From assembly GCA_963805945.1 (NCBI GenBank), contig CAWDVP010000006.1:192001-256000 (forward strand): a stretch of DNA of 64,000 nt, given 5' to 3'. The stretch is from Vulcanimicrobiota bacterium. Lineage in GTDB: Bacteria; Vulcanimicrobiota; Vulcanimicrobiia; Eremiobacterales; Eremiobacteraceae. Below the pieces are notes generated by a model, which did no database searches, had not been told where the DNA came from, and saw only the letters and a program-made list of their open reading frames with translations. Position 1 is the first letter of the stretch; each line of letters starts with the position of its first letter. Position numbers and translations under genes: made by a program. Below are positions 50,119 to 59,238 of the stretch, piece by piece.

Positions 50119-51381
50119 TTAGGGGGTGCGCGGTGGCACTCCTTCACGCGGCTCGCGCACGAATGTGAGCGCGAGTCCGCCCAGCACCATCCATACCGCG
50201 ACGAGCCCGAAGAGCGAGCGATAGCCGATGCCGAGATCGCCGGTGACGGCGCCCAAGTGGTCCACCAGCAGGCCGCCGATGATGGGCGCGGCGACCTGCG
50301 GCGCCGACGCGCCGATGTTCCACAGCGCCATGAGCGCGCCCGCGCGGCCCGGCGGCAAGAGATTGCACGCCAGCGCCCAGTCCACCGAATAGTACGCGCC
50401 CCAGCCGATCCCGAGGAACACCGACAGCACCGCGACCGGCGTCAGCGAGGTGGCGAACGCGACCGTGAGCGCGGCCGCGACGATCAGCGCGAGCGATATA
50501 TAGATGATGGATTTCTTCGATATCCGGTCGCCGAGCAAGCCCGCCGGCACGGTGCCGACGAGCGAGCATCCGACCATGAGCAGCAGCAGCGTGAGGCTGG
50601 TGGCCTGATAGCGATCGATCTTGAGGGCGAAGCGCAGATAAAAACCGAGGAACGGCAGGATCGAATACAGGCCCGCGCTCACCAGGGTGCGCGAACCGAT
50701 GAGCCACCAGAAGCTCGCGCGCAGCGGCCAGGCGGTCAGCACGGGCACGGCCTCGGGCACATCTTCCCTGCGCTCTTTGACGCCGAACACGGTGACCAGC
50801 AGCGCGGCGAGCATGATCACCGCGATCGCCGTGACGAGCCGCAAGAACCCGCTCGTGTACATCTCGGGCGTGACGTCCGGACCCGGCTGGTGGACGACGA
50901 GCTTCGCGAGCAGCAGGCCTCCCGCGGTGCCCGCCAAGCGCATCAGACCCATCACCGCGGAGGCGCTGCCCTGCGCGCTCTTGGCGACGCGGTCCGGGAT
51001 GAGCGCTTGGTACGCGCCACCGGCGATGTTGAGCAGCTGCAGCACGACGAAGGCGACCAGCACCGCCAAGAACGACGGCGCGAGCGCGAACATGTAGAGG
51101 CCGGCGAAGTTGATGAGCGTGCCGACGATGATGAACGGCATGCGCCGGCGCACGATGTCCGACCAGCGGCCGGCGCCGTACTGGATGACGATCGCGATGA
51201 GCGCCCCGCAGCCGAGCAGAATCGCCGACGCGCGGCCGTAGAACGTCGGCGGCACGAAGCGGGCGATCTCCGCTTGCAGCGCTGCGCCGAGCAGCGCGGC
51301 CCATTGCAGCTCCCAGGCGAACCAGTAGAACGACAGCGCGAACGGGTTCGGCGTCTTGACGCCTGGAGCGGTCGAATTCAT
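50119..51381 (-). CDS. MFS transporter
   Basis: About 12 TM segments, GRWSDIVRRRMPF, GLLGDRISKK. Confidence 0.9.
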   Translation of the reverse strand: MNSTAPGVKTPNPFALSFYWFAWELQWAALLGAALQAEIARFVPPTFYGRASAILLGCGALIAIVIQYGAGRWSDIVRRRMPFIIVGTLINFAGLYMFALAPSFLAVLVAFVVLQLLNIAGGAYQALIPDRVAKSAQGSASAVMGLMRLAGTAGGLLLAKLVVHQPGPDVTPEMYTSGFLRLVTAIAVIMLAALLVTVFGVKERREDVPEAVPVLTAWPLRASFWWLIGSRTLVSAGLYSILPFLGFYLRFALKIDRYQATSLTLLLLMVGCSLVGTVPAGLLGDRISKKSIIYISLALIVAAALTVAFATSLTPVAVLSVFLGIGWGAYYSVDWALACNLLPPGRAGALMALWNIGASAPQVAAPIIGGLLVDHLGAVTGDLGIGYRSLFGLVAVWMVLGGLALTFVREPREGVPPRTP

Positions 51382-51388
51382 TCGACCG
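51364..51388 (+). repeat. Family B REP spanning a stop/start (ATGA) gene junction
   Basis: TGGAGCGGTCGAATTCATTCGACCG. Confidence 0.85.
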
Positions 51389-52130
51389 TCACCTGCGCCG
51401 CGTGCACCCGCGCGTATTCGAAGTCCGCCGCCTCATCGCAATCCATCGCGAGCGCCGGATCCGCACCGCGCAGCGCGACGAGCGAGCCGCGCGTGAGCCG
51501 CTCGATGCGCGCCTTGACGTCGGCGACGCCTGCCTTGTTCGCCGCATAGCGCAGCGCGAGCTGCGGCCCGAGCAGGCTCGCCATCGCGACCAGGCTCTTG
51601 CGCGCCCCGAACGCCTTGCGGACGAGCTGCTCGTTGCGCAGGAATGCGCCCGCGTTGACGACGAGCGCGCTGCCGCCGGTCCACTGGCCGTCGCTCAGCC
51701 GTGCGAAACTGCTGCGCGCGCCCGGATACGCGGCCTCGAACTCCTCGCGCGTGAAGATCGGATAGACGCAGTCCGCGCTCGGCGGACTCGCCGCGAGCAG
51801 CCCGGCGATGCTCGCGCTGCGCACGAAGGGCATGTCCGACGCGCAGAAGACGACGCGTTCGTCGCCGGCATCGCGCAGCGCCGCGAGCACGTTCTCCTCG
51901 CCGCTGGCCTGTTCGTCGATCCAGCGATCCGCCGCGGCGCCGCATGCCTGCGCGGTGCGCGGCCCGACCACCGTCACGCGACCGATCTCCGGCACGCCGC
52001 GCAACGCCTCGATGACGATCGCCAGCAGGCTGCGGCCGCCGATGCGCACCAATGCTTTGATGTCGCTGCCATAGCGCTGCGCGTCCTCGGGCCCGAGCCG
52101 GCCTGCTGCGGTGATGACTGCGTTGAGCAC
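51378..52130 (-). CDS. Nucleotidyltransferase (MobA/NTP-transferase-like)
   Basis: AVITAAG...KALVRIGG, ASDMPF, MDCDE. Confidence 0.8.
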   Translation of the reverse strand: MLNAVITAAGRLGPEDAQRYGSDIKALVRIGGRSLLAIVIEALRGVPEIGRVTVVGPRTAQACGAAADRWIDEQASGEENVLAALRDAGDERVVFCASDMPFVRSASIAGLLAASPPSADCVYPIFTREEFEAAYPGARSSFARLSDGQWTGGSALVVNAGAFLRNEQLVRKAFGARKSLVAMASLLGPQLALRYAANKAGVADVKARIERLTRGSLVALRGADPALAMDCDEAADFEYARVHAAQVTVE

Positions 52131-52181
52131 GCCCGCCCCGTTGGCGCATGCGCGGCCGAATCCATTCGAGCCCGCGTGCTC

Positions 52182-52207
52182 GTGGAGCGGTCGAATTTAT
52201 TCGACCG
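52182..52207 (+). repeat. Family B REP containing the methyltransferase stop codon
   Basis: GTGGAGCGGTCGAATTTATTCGACCG. Confidence 0.85.
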
Positions 52208-53417
52208 ACGTTCGGGCAGCCTTGCACAGGATCGCCATCTTCTTCTCGCCGACGGTCGTGCACACCAACACCGCCGACGCCTCGCCGCGCGGTTTGAGCA
52301 GCGCCTCGATCGCCTCGGGCAGCAGCGGGAAGGCGCGCGTCTTGATGACGAGCGAGCCGATATCGCGTGCGCGCAGCAGCGCGCGCACCTTCTTCTCGTT
52401 GAACGGCATGGCCGCGAGCACTTCGTACCAGCGGAAGAACGGCGTCGCCGCGGCGCGCGAGGCGGTGACGTACGCGACGTTCGGATCGAGCGCGGCGGCG
52501 CCGATCGGCTCGCAGGCGGCACCGAGCAGCCCTGAGCGGATGACAGCGGCGTCCGGCTCGCCCAGCCAACCTTGGAGAAGACGCACCTCCGGCGCGCTCG
52601 CGGGATCGCCATCTAAAGGATGGACTCCGTCGGCCGCGATGACCGTCGCCCGGCGCGCGCCATGGCGGCGGGCGAGGTCGCCGCACCACGCGATCGCCTC
52701 TTTGCACACACCGCGCTCCGAGATGTACTCGAGCTCCACCGGGAAGCCGCACGCGTCGCGCAGCGCGTCCTCGGTGACGCGCAGCCCGGGCGCGATCTTC
52801 ACACCGAGCGCCGCCGCGCGCAGATCGCCGATGCGCGCGAGGATGCTGCGCAGCGGCGGGCTGTATTCCGCACCGGTCTTGGCCCGGCCGCTCGGCGTCC
52901 GCCGCGAGGGGTCCGCAAAAGCGGCGTCCATGTCCTGAAGCGGCCAGCGCAGCGCGTCGCCGATGCTGAACGCCGCTGACGGCTTCACGCCGTACACGAT
53001 CGCGTTGTGACGCGCGCAGACGAGCGCATCGGTGTCGACATCGACGCCCGAGACGGTGCCGCCCGGCGGCCGAACGCCGGCGATGGCGATGGAGTCTGAG
53101 CCGATGCCGCAGCACAGATCTGCCACCCGTTTGAAACGCGCGAAGCGCTCGGCCGTGTGGCGCGAGATCGCCTCTGACGACGCCTGCTCGTAGCCGGCGC
53201 GCGTGAAGAACATCTCGGCGGCGCGGCTGAACTTGCGCGACGCGAGCGCCCTGCGCCGCGCGAAGGCGGTCGACAGCGCTGCCGCCGCGAGCTCGGGGTC
53301 GGCCATGCGGCGGGCGAGCGCGGCGGCGGCGGGCACCTGCACTTCGGTGAACGGCGCGAGCGCGGCGAGCAGCCGTGCGCCGTCCGCGGATTCAAGCCGG
53401 TCGTACGCGTTGGTCAC
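52197..53417 (-). CDS. Class I SAM-dependent methyltransferase with THUMP-like C-terminus
   Basis: EQASS, VADLCCGIGSD, FADPSRR, EPDAAVIRSG. Confidence 0.85.
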   Translation of the reverse strand: MTNAYDRLESADGARLLAALAPFTEVQVPAAAALARRMADPELAAAALSTAFARRRALASRKFSRAAEMFFTRAGYEQASSEAISRHTAERFARFKRVADLCCGIGSDSIAIAGVRPPGGTVSGVDVDTDALVCARHNAIVYGVKPSAAFSIGDALRWPLQDMDAAFADPSRRTPSGRAKTGAEYSPPLRSILARIGDLRAAALGVKIAPGLRVTEDALRDACGFPVELEYISERGVCKEAIAWCGDLARRHGARRATVIAADGVHPLDGDPASAPEVRLLQGWLGEPDAAVIRSGLLGAACEPIGAAALDPNVAYVTASRAAATPFFRWYEVLAAMPFNEKKVRALLRARDIGSLVIKTRAFPLLPEAIEALLKPRGEASAVLVCTTVGEKKMAILCKAARTSVE

Positions 53418-53435
53418 GCTTCTGGAGCGGCCGCT

Positions 53436-54035
53436 TCAGTCGGCCGAAGCCGGAATACGGATCGTATCCACGCCGCCGGACTCCCGCAGACACGAGACGA
53501 TCCCGTCGGCCGACGCGGCATCCGCGACGACCACGAGCGCGATGCCGTGATGCTCGATCTCATCGGCGATCCGATATGCGGCGTGCGTCGAGCGTTGCGG
53601 CGACAAGCCGCTGCCCAGCGTCGCGCCTGCCAGCGCACCAAGCACGAAGCACAGCAGCACGTCGGCGAGCACGCGATAGTGCGGGTCGGTGTCGACGAGC
53701 GTGAAGTTCGGCACATACGCGACGACAAGTCCGGCGGCCGCGCCCATCAGACCGCCCATCACGCCGCCGAGATTGATACCGGCCGCCGCGTCCGCAGCAG
53801 AGGCGAGGCCCGGCGCTCCGGCCAGGGGATCGATCGGATCGATATCCGAGCGGACGCCGAACTCGGCCGCAAGCACGCTCACGTCCTCCGCGCCTGACGG
53901 CTGCGCGCCCAGGCCGACCGCCGACGGCGCGACGCCGAGCGCGAGCAGCGCGCACAACGCGGCGTGCGCGGTGGCGCGATCGCGCGCGGCGCACGCGACG
54001 AACACGGAAGGGGCGACTGAAGGTCCCTGTGTCAA
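53436..54035 (-). CDS. Hypothetical membrane protein with glycine-zipper-like helices
   Basis: LGGVMGGLMGAAAG and LGALAGATLG hydrophobic segments. Confidence 0.6.
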   Translation of the reverse strand: MTQGPSVAPSVFVACAARDRATAHAALCALLALGVAPSAVGLGAQPSGAEDVSVLAAEFGVRSDIDPIDPLAGAPGLASAADAAAGINLGGVMGGLMGAAAGLVVAYVPNFTLVDTDPHYRVLADVLLCFVLGALAGATLGSGLSPQRSTHAAYRIADEIEHHGIALVVVADAASADGIVSCLRESGGVDTIRIPASAD

Positions 54036-54083
54036 CGCGCGTTAATTCCTTCGCATCACCGCAATTGCCTGGAACGTGAGAAC

Positions 54084-54374
54084 GTGGAAAAACCTGGAGT
54101 GCTCGTGGGCCGATCCGTCGTCGTCCGCTCGAATGCGGACGAGCCGGAATACTACACGGACGTCCATCGGGCGCGCGTCGGCCATGAGGGCCGCGTCCAT
54201 GCGATCGTGCCGACAGACGATCGCGCCAATCCGCTCGTCAAGGTCGGCTTTGATGCTGGCACCCAGATCGTCTTCTACCGGCTCGCCGATCTGCAAGTCG
54301 ACCCCGATGCCGGGCTCGATCTCTCGAAGAAGCACGGCGTGCGCGGCAGCCACTTACCGAAGGGCGCCGGCTAA
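54084..54374 (+). CDS. Hypothetical small protein, possible SH3-like barrel
   Basis: 96-aa ORF filling the gap between minus-strand genes; alternating beta-strand pattern. Confidence 0.6.
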   Translation: MEKPGVLVGRSVVVRSNADEPEYYTDVHRARVGHEGRVHAIVPTDDRANPLVKVGFDAGTQIVFYRLADLQVDPDAGLDLSKKHGVRGSHLPKGAG

Positions 54375-55196
54375 CCACTCCAGACCGTCGACCACGCGCG
54401 GCCCGTTGCGCTCTAGGATGGAATCGTTGGGCGGGCGCAGCACCTTGCCGTCGCGCACGGCGCGCAGACTGCGCCACGGTTCGCTCGCCCGCACCGCTGG
54501 GCCGAAGTGCGTGTCATCCGAGACGATGAGGACGTCGGGATCCGCTTTCAGGATCGCCTCCGCCGTGAGGCTCGGGTACGCCTCATCGACGTCCCCGGCG
54601 ACGTTGATGCCGCCCGCGAGGCTGATGAGATCGTTGAGATAGGAGCGACCGCCGGCGGTGAATCCTGGCAACCCCAACAGATAGAGCACCGTCGGCTTGT
54701 GCCGCCGATCCTTGGTCTGTGCGGCGACGCGTTCGATGCGACGCCGTAATGCCGCTGCCAAGACCACGCCCTTCTTGATGCTCCCGCAGGCCTTGGCGAC
54801 GCCCGCGATGTCCGCGTAGAGGTCGCCGATATTCCGGTTCGGCAGATACACGACCGGCACGCGCAGCCGTAGTGCGACAGCGGACCCTTCATTCTCTTGA
54901 TCGTGCAAGGCGACGACGACGGTGGGCCGCAGCTGCGCGATCCGCTCTAGGTCCACATGCGCGAGATCGCCGACGTGCGGCAGCGCTTTGGCGGGCGCGG
55001 GATAGTCGTCGTAGGTCGTGTCGGCGACGAGATGGCGGCCGCAGTCGACGGCATACGCGATCTCGGTGAGCGACGGCGCCAGCGAGATGACTCTGATCTT
55101 ACCCGCTTGGTCTGTAGCGGTCGAATTTATTCGACCGTGAGATGCGCACCCGCCAACGAGCGCGCACGCAGCCGCGGCGATGAGGAAGCGTCTCAA
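54354..55196 (-). CDS. btuF: Cobalamin ABC transporter substrate-binding lipoprotein
   Basis: Lipobox LVGGC, RVISLAPSLTEI, LAGGINV, RNGPRVVDG; downstream of a B12 riboswitch. Confidence 0.88.
   Translation of the reverse strand: MRRFLIAAAACALVGGCASHGRINSTATDQAGKIRVISLAPSLTEIAYAVDCGRHLVADTTYDDYPAPAKALPHVGDLAHVDLERIAQLRPTVVVALHDQENEGSAVALRLRVPVVYLPNRNIGDLYADIAGVAKACGSIKKGVVLAAALRRRIERVAAQTKDRRHKPTVLYLLGLPGFTAGGRSYLNDLISLAGGINVAGDVDEAYPSLTAEAILKADPDVLIVSDDTHFGPAVRASEPWRSLRAVRDGKVLRPPNDSILERNGPRVVDGLEWLAGALR
55113..55137 (+). repeat. Family B REP in frame inside btuF
   Basis: TGTAGCGGTCGAATTTATTCGACCG encodes GRINSTA directly after the lipobox. Confidence 0.85.
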
Positions 55197-57202
55197 TGCG
55201 CGGTCAGCCTCACCGAGAACGTCGTGCCGAGCACCGGATATCCATATGCCTCTTCGACTCGTTGACCGGTCAGATTGTTCAAGCGCAGCGTCACCGTCAG
55301 ATGCTTGCTCACGAGCCGTGAGATGTGGGCGCCGACCGTCACATACGCGGGCAGGAAGTGGGTGTTCTCCTCGTCGCCATAGCGGCTTCCGACATAGAGC
55401 AGGTCGAGGCCGTCATCGCCCGTCGCCTGGCCCGCATCCGGCGTCGGCCCGCTCTTGCGCCAGATCTCGAAACTGCCCGTAGACGTCGGTCGGTAGAGCA
55501 GCCGGTTGCCGTTGGTGACGACGCCGTTGATGTCCGGCACCGTGCTCTCGTCACGCGCAACCGGAAAGCCGGTGTAGGAGGCTTGCGCACCGACGCGGAC
55601 GTTCTGCGCGTTCGAGATGTGCAGGCTGTAGCCGCGCACGCGCGCCCGGCCGACGTTGAAGGGCAGGAAGTCGCCCATCGTGTCGATCGCCTGATTGACG
55701 ATCAAATTATTCGTGTCGCTGCCGAACAGCGTCGCCGAACCTTGGAAGCGGTTGTTGCCGGTGAACATCCCGATGTCGAACGTCGCGGCATACTCCGGCT
55801 GCAGATGCGGGTTGCCGAAGCCCGGGAAGTAGAGCTCGTCGAGGTTCGGCACGCGGAACGAACGCTCGTAGCTGCCGCGCAACGACGTTCCCTCGTCTGC
55901 GCTCGAGCCGCCCACCGATTTCTTGAGCGAGAAGCTCGGCACGGTCGTCGCCTGCGTGCCCTGCGTGTCATCGGTGCGCAGGCCGGCGACGGCCTCGAAA
56001 CCGCCGTCGGGCGAATCGTACGTGTCGTTGGCGTAGAGGTACGTGGTTGAAGACGCCGCGACGACCTGGGGCGGCGCGTCGATCGTCCCTTGGAACAGCG
56101 CGCGATCGGCGCGGCCCTGGTAGCCGACCAGCAGCACATCGCCGCGCGAGAGCCGCACCGACTGCGTCAGCTTGTAGCCGCGCGCCGTGGCTTCCGTCAG
56201 CGTATCGTACGGAAACGCCGGCGTCGGGTCATAGAAATGGACCCGTCGCCCGTCCGCAAAGACCTCGACCTGCGTGAGCGCATCGGAGCCGCCGGCGAAG
56301 TCCAGGTTGAGCGCGCTCCGGTTGACGTCGCGCTGCTGGCGCGCGAACGCGCTCACGAACGCCGATCCGAATTCCGTGCTGCCCGGCGCACCTACGTCCG
56401 ACGTGTTGTCTTCCAAATGCAAGGCCGCGCCGAGATGTCCGAAGCCGTAGCAGACGCACGCGGTGACGTCAGACGCCCTGACGTCGTTGTTCGACCGCGT
56501 GCCACCCGCGATGCCGTTGAAGGACGGGTAGTCGAACGTGTTGAGCTCGGAGCGCGTCAGTGCGTCGACGTGCAGCCCGCCGCGAGGGAAATCGCCGGCT
56601 GACGCGCCGACGCCGCCCTCAAAGGCGCCTTGATATCCGATCTGCGCGAACGCGGACGTTTGATCGCGGCCCGGATACTTCGAAGTGAGCAGCACGACGC
56701 CGCCGACCGCGCCCGAGCCGTAGCGCGCGGAGAGCCCGCCCTCGATGACGGTGATCGCCTGGATGCTGTTGAGCGGTATCGATGAGAAGTCGGTGACGCC
56801 TGTGTCACCTTCGTTGACGGGCCGCCCGTCGAGAAGCACGAGCGTCTGTTCGCTGCTGGCGCCGCGCAGCGCGACGGTCTGCAGCGTGCCAGTCGTGCCG
56901 TATTGCTGCACGAAAGCCCCCGGCACGTAACGCAGGGCGTCCGCGACGGACTTCGCGCCCAGCCGCTGCAGCTCGATGATCGGTACGCTGTAGCCTTCGC
57001 GGGTGTTGCCGCGAACGACTATCTTGCCGAGCGGATTGGGCGCCGGGCTCGCCGACGGCGTCGGCGATGCGGTCGGTTTCGGCGACGGCGCCGGCGTTGC
57101 GCCATCAGCGTGCGCGGCCGCGCAGGAGAGTGCGAGCAGAGCCGCCGTCGCGAGCGCAGCCGGCAGTAGCTGCGTCGCGCGGACGTTTAGCGCGGCGTGC
57201 AT
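55193..57202 (-). CDS. btuB: TonB-dependent receptor (BtuB-like)
   Basis: Plug motifs LRGASSEQTLVLLDGRP and YGSGAVGGV, SFRVPNLDELY, NPHLQPE, LNNL; in a riboswitch-led operon. Confidence 0.85.
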   Translation of the reverse strand: MHAALNVRATQLLPAALATAALLALSCAAAHADGATPAPSPKPTASPTPSASPAPNPLGKIVVRGNTREGYSVPIIELQRLGAKSVADALRYVPGAFVQQYGTTGTLQTVALRGASSEQTLVLLDGRPVNEGDTGVTDFSSIPLNSIQAITVIEGGLSARYGSGAVGGVVLLTSKYPGRDQTSAFAQIGYQGAFEGGVGASAGDFPRGGLHVDALTRSELNTFDYPSFNGIAGGTRSNNDVRASDVTACVCYGFGHLGAALHLEDNTSDVGAPGSTEFGSAFVSAFARQQRDVNRSALNLDFAGGSDALTQVEVFADGRRVHFYDPTPAFPYDTLTEATARGYKLTQSVRLSRGDVLLVGYQGRADRALFQGTIDAPPQVVAASSTTYLYANDTYDSPDGGFEAVAGLRTDDTQGTQATTVPSFSLKKSVGGSSADEGTSLRGSYERSFRVPNLDELYFPGFGNPHLQPEYAATFDIGMFTGNNRFQGSATLFGSDTNNLIVNQAIDTMGDFLPFNVGRARVRGYSLHISNAQNVRVGAQASYTGFPVARDESTVPDINGVVTNGNRLLYRPTSTGSFEIWRKSGPTPDAGQATGDDGLDLLYVGSRYGDEENTHFLPAYVTVGAHISRLVSKHLTVTLRLNNLTGQRVEEAYGYPVLGTTFSVRLTAH

Positions 57203-57918
57203 ACGACGTATCCCTCCGGATCCTTGTGCGTGCGCACGTCCACGCCGAACGCGCGGGAGAGCGCTGCCGCTTCGAAGACTTCTTCAGGTGGGCCGACAGC
57301 CAGCGCTCCGCCGGCCAGCAGCGCGATCGAGTCCGCGAAGCGCGCCGCAAGGGTGAGGTCGTGGATGGCGGCGACGACGGCGACGCCGGCGCGCGTCAGG
57401 GTCTTGAGCAGCCGCAGCACCTCGAGCTGATAGCGCAGGTCGAGGTGCGTCGTCGGCTCGTCGATGAGCAGCACGCCGGCTTCGGCCGCGAGCGCCGCGG
57501 CGATCCACGCACGTTGCAATTCGCCGGCGCTCAAGCCCGACGCGGCATCGTGCGCGCGCTCGCTCAGGCCCGTGCGCTCCAATGCGTCGCCGATGGTGGC
57601 GCGTTCGGCATCGGTGAACGAGAAGCGCCACCATGGCCTGCGCAGTGCGAGCACGTAGCCGGCGAGTTCCGCCGGCGATACGTCCGATGGCAACGCCAGC
57701 GCGGTCGCCACCAACGCGACCTTTGCGTCGCGCGCGACTGCTCCGGCTTGCGAACGTTGCGTGCCGGCAAGCACGCGCAGCAAGCTCGACTTGCCGGCGC
57801 CGTTGGGACCGACGAGCGCCGTCAAGCGGCCAGGCTCGATCGTCACGTCCAGGTCTGCGAAGATGTCGCGCGCGCCATAGGCGACCTGAAGTCCGCGACC
57901 TGCCAGCACGGCGCTCAC
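57187..57918 (-). CDS. btuD: Cobalamin/siderophore ABC transporter ATPase
   Basis: GPNGAGKSS, LSAGELQR, IDEPTTHLD, IHDL; GTG at 57918 overlapping the permease stop. Confidence 0.85.
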   Translation of the reverse strand: MSAVLAGRGLQVAYGARDIFADLDVTIEPGRLTALVGPNGAGKSSLLRVLAGTQRSQAGAVARDAKVALVATALALPSDVSPAELAGYVLALRRPWWRFSFTDAERATIGDALERTGLSERAHDAASGLSAGELQRAWIAAALAAEAGVLLIDEPTTHLDLRYQLEVLRLLKTLTRAGVAVVAAIHDLTLAARFADSIALLAGGALAVGPPEEVFEAAALSRAFGVDVRTHKDPEGYVVCTPR

Positions 57919-58934
57919 AGCTCCACCGGCCGGCGCGCTATTATAAGGAAGAACGGCACCCCGACGAACGCCAGCAGGACGCCGAGCGGCAGCTCGCTCG
58001 GCGACAGGATCGTCCGCGCGAAAGTGTCCGCCACGATCACCACCGCCGCGCCGCCGGCGGCGCTCGCCGGCAGCAGCCACGCGGCGTCCCCGCCGACGAG
58101 CTTGCGCGCGCCGTGCGGCACCATCAAGCCGACGAATCCAACGATGCCCGACACCGCGACGCACGCTGCGGCGATGAGCGCCGCCGCTGCGAGCACGAAG
58201 AAGCGCGCGCGGCCGACGCGGATGCCCAATCCTGCCGCCGCGTCCGCGCCGAGGCGCAGCACGTTGAGCGCCGGCAGCAGCAGCAGCGCCGCGAGAAATC
58301 CGGCCGCCAAGTACGCGGCGATCCACGCGACGTCGCCCCAGCTTCTGCCGCCGATGCCGCCCGCGAGCCAGCCAAGGATGGTGAGGCTATCCGACGCGCC
58401 GCTGCGCAGCAGCACGATCGTCACCATGGCGGCGCATAGCGACGAGATCGCGATGCCGCACAGCACGAGACGCAGATTGCCGCTCGGACCGCTGCCGGCG
58501 CCGAACAGCGAGACGACCGACGCGCACGCCAGGCCGCCACCGAACGCGAGAGCGGGTACGAGCGCGAACGAGACGCCGAGCCCGATGCTCACGCTCGCGG
58601 CGAGCGCGGCACCCGCGGAGACGCCGGTGACATACGGGTCGACGAGCGGATTGCGGAAGAGCGCCTGCAGCATCGCGCCCGCGACGCCCAGCCCGGCGCC
58701 GACGCAGGCGCCGATGAGCAGCCTCGGCAGGCGGATATCCCACACCACGGTGTGCGGCAGGCCTGAGGCTGCCGGGTGCGCCAGCGCGTAGACGATCGCG
58801 TCCGGTGAGATCGGCACGCTGCCGACGCCAAGCGATATGACGCCCGCCAGCAGCGCGACCGCGCTCAAGCCCACGAGCCACAATGCTCGGGGAACTGCTA
58901 CGTCAGACCGAAGTTCGGGATAGGTTGCGACCAT
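57915..58934 (-). CDS. btuC: Cobalamin ABC transporter permease (FecCD/BtuC)
   Basis: IRLPR, QALFRNPL, GFVGLMVPH, ELPLG. Confidence 0.9.
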   Translation of the reverse strand: MVATYPELRSDVAVPRALWLVGLSAVALLAGVISLGVGSVPISPDAIVYALAHPAASGLPHTVVWDIRLPRLLIGACVGAGLGVAGAMLQALFRNPLVDPYVTGVSAGAALAASVSIGLGVSFALVPALAFGGGLACASVVSLFGAGSGPSGNLRLVLCGIAISSLCAAMVTIVLLRSGASDSLTILGWLAGGIGGRSWGDVAWIAAYLAAGFLAALLLLPALNVLRLGADAAAGLGIRVGRARFFVLAAAALIAAACVAVSGIVGFVGLMVPHGARKLVGGDAAWLLPASAAGGAAVVIVADTFARTILSPSELPLGVLLAFVGVPFFLIIARRPVEL

Positions 58935-58995
58935 CGCCCAGCTCCCTTATCGCGAAGAGCTATGCAGCGGCGCGACCTTGCGGCCGCGCGCATCT

Positions 58996-59142
58996 GACTC
59001 GGGGCAGGTCTCCTGACTTCCGGATCTTTGCCTTGCGCCGCGCCTTCCCATCTCGTGCGAGACAGTGGCGATGTCGGCGGCTCCCCGGTTACAGTGGCGC
59101 GACCGCGCCGGAATCACACCGGCTTCCCTGTCGCCCCGAGCC
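58996..59142 (-). ncRNA. Cobalamin riboswitch
   Basis: AGGGAAGCCGGTGTGATTCCGGCGCGGTCGCGCCACTGTAA...GCCACTG...GGGAAGG...AAGTCAGGAGACCTGCC; P1 GGCTCGGGGC pairs with GCCCCGAGTC; upstream of the btu genes. Confidence 0.95.
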
Positions 59143-59238
59143 ACGTTGCCGTGTGGTTTACACGAATGCGGCGAGGCGACCTTTTCGGGCGTGGCGGCGA
59201 GAATGTTTCTGCCGGCCGACGACTGAAACGTCGGGCGG

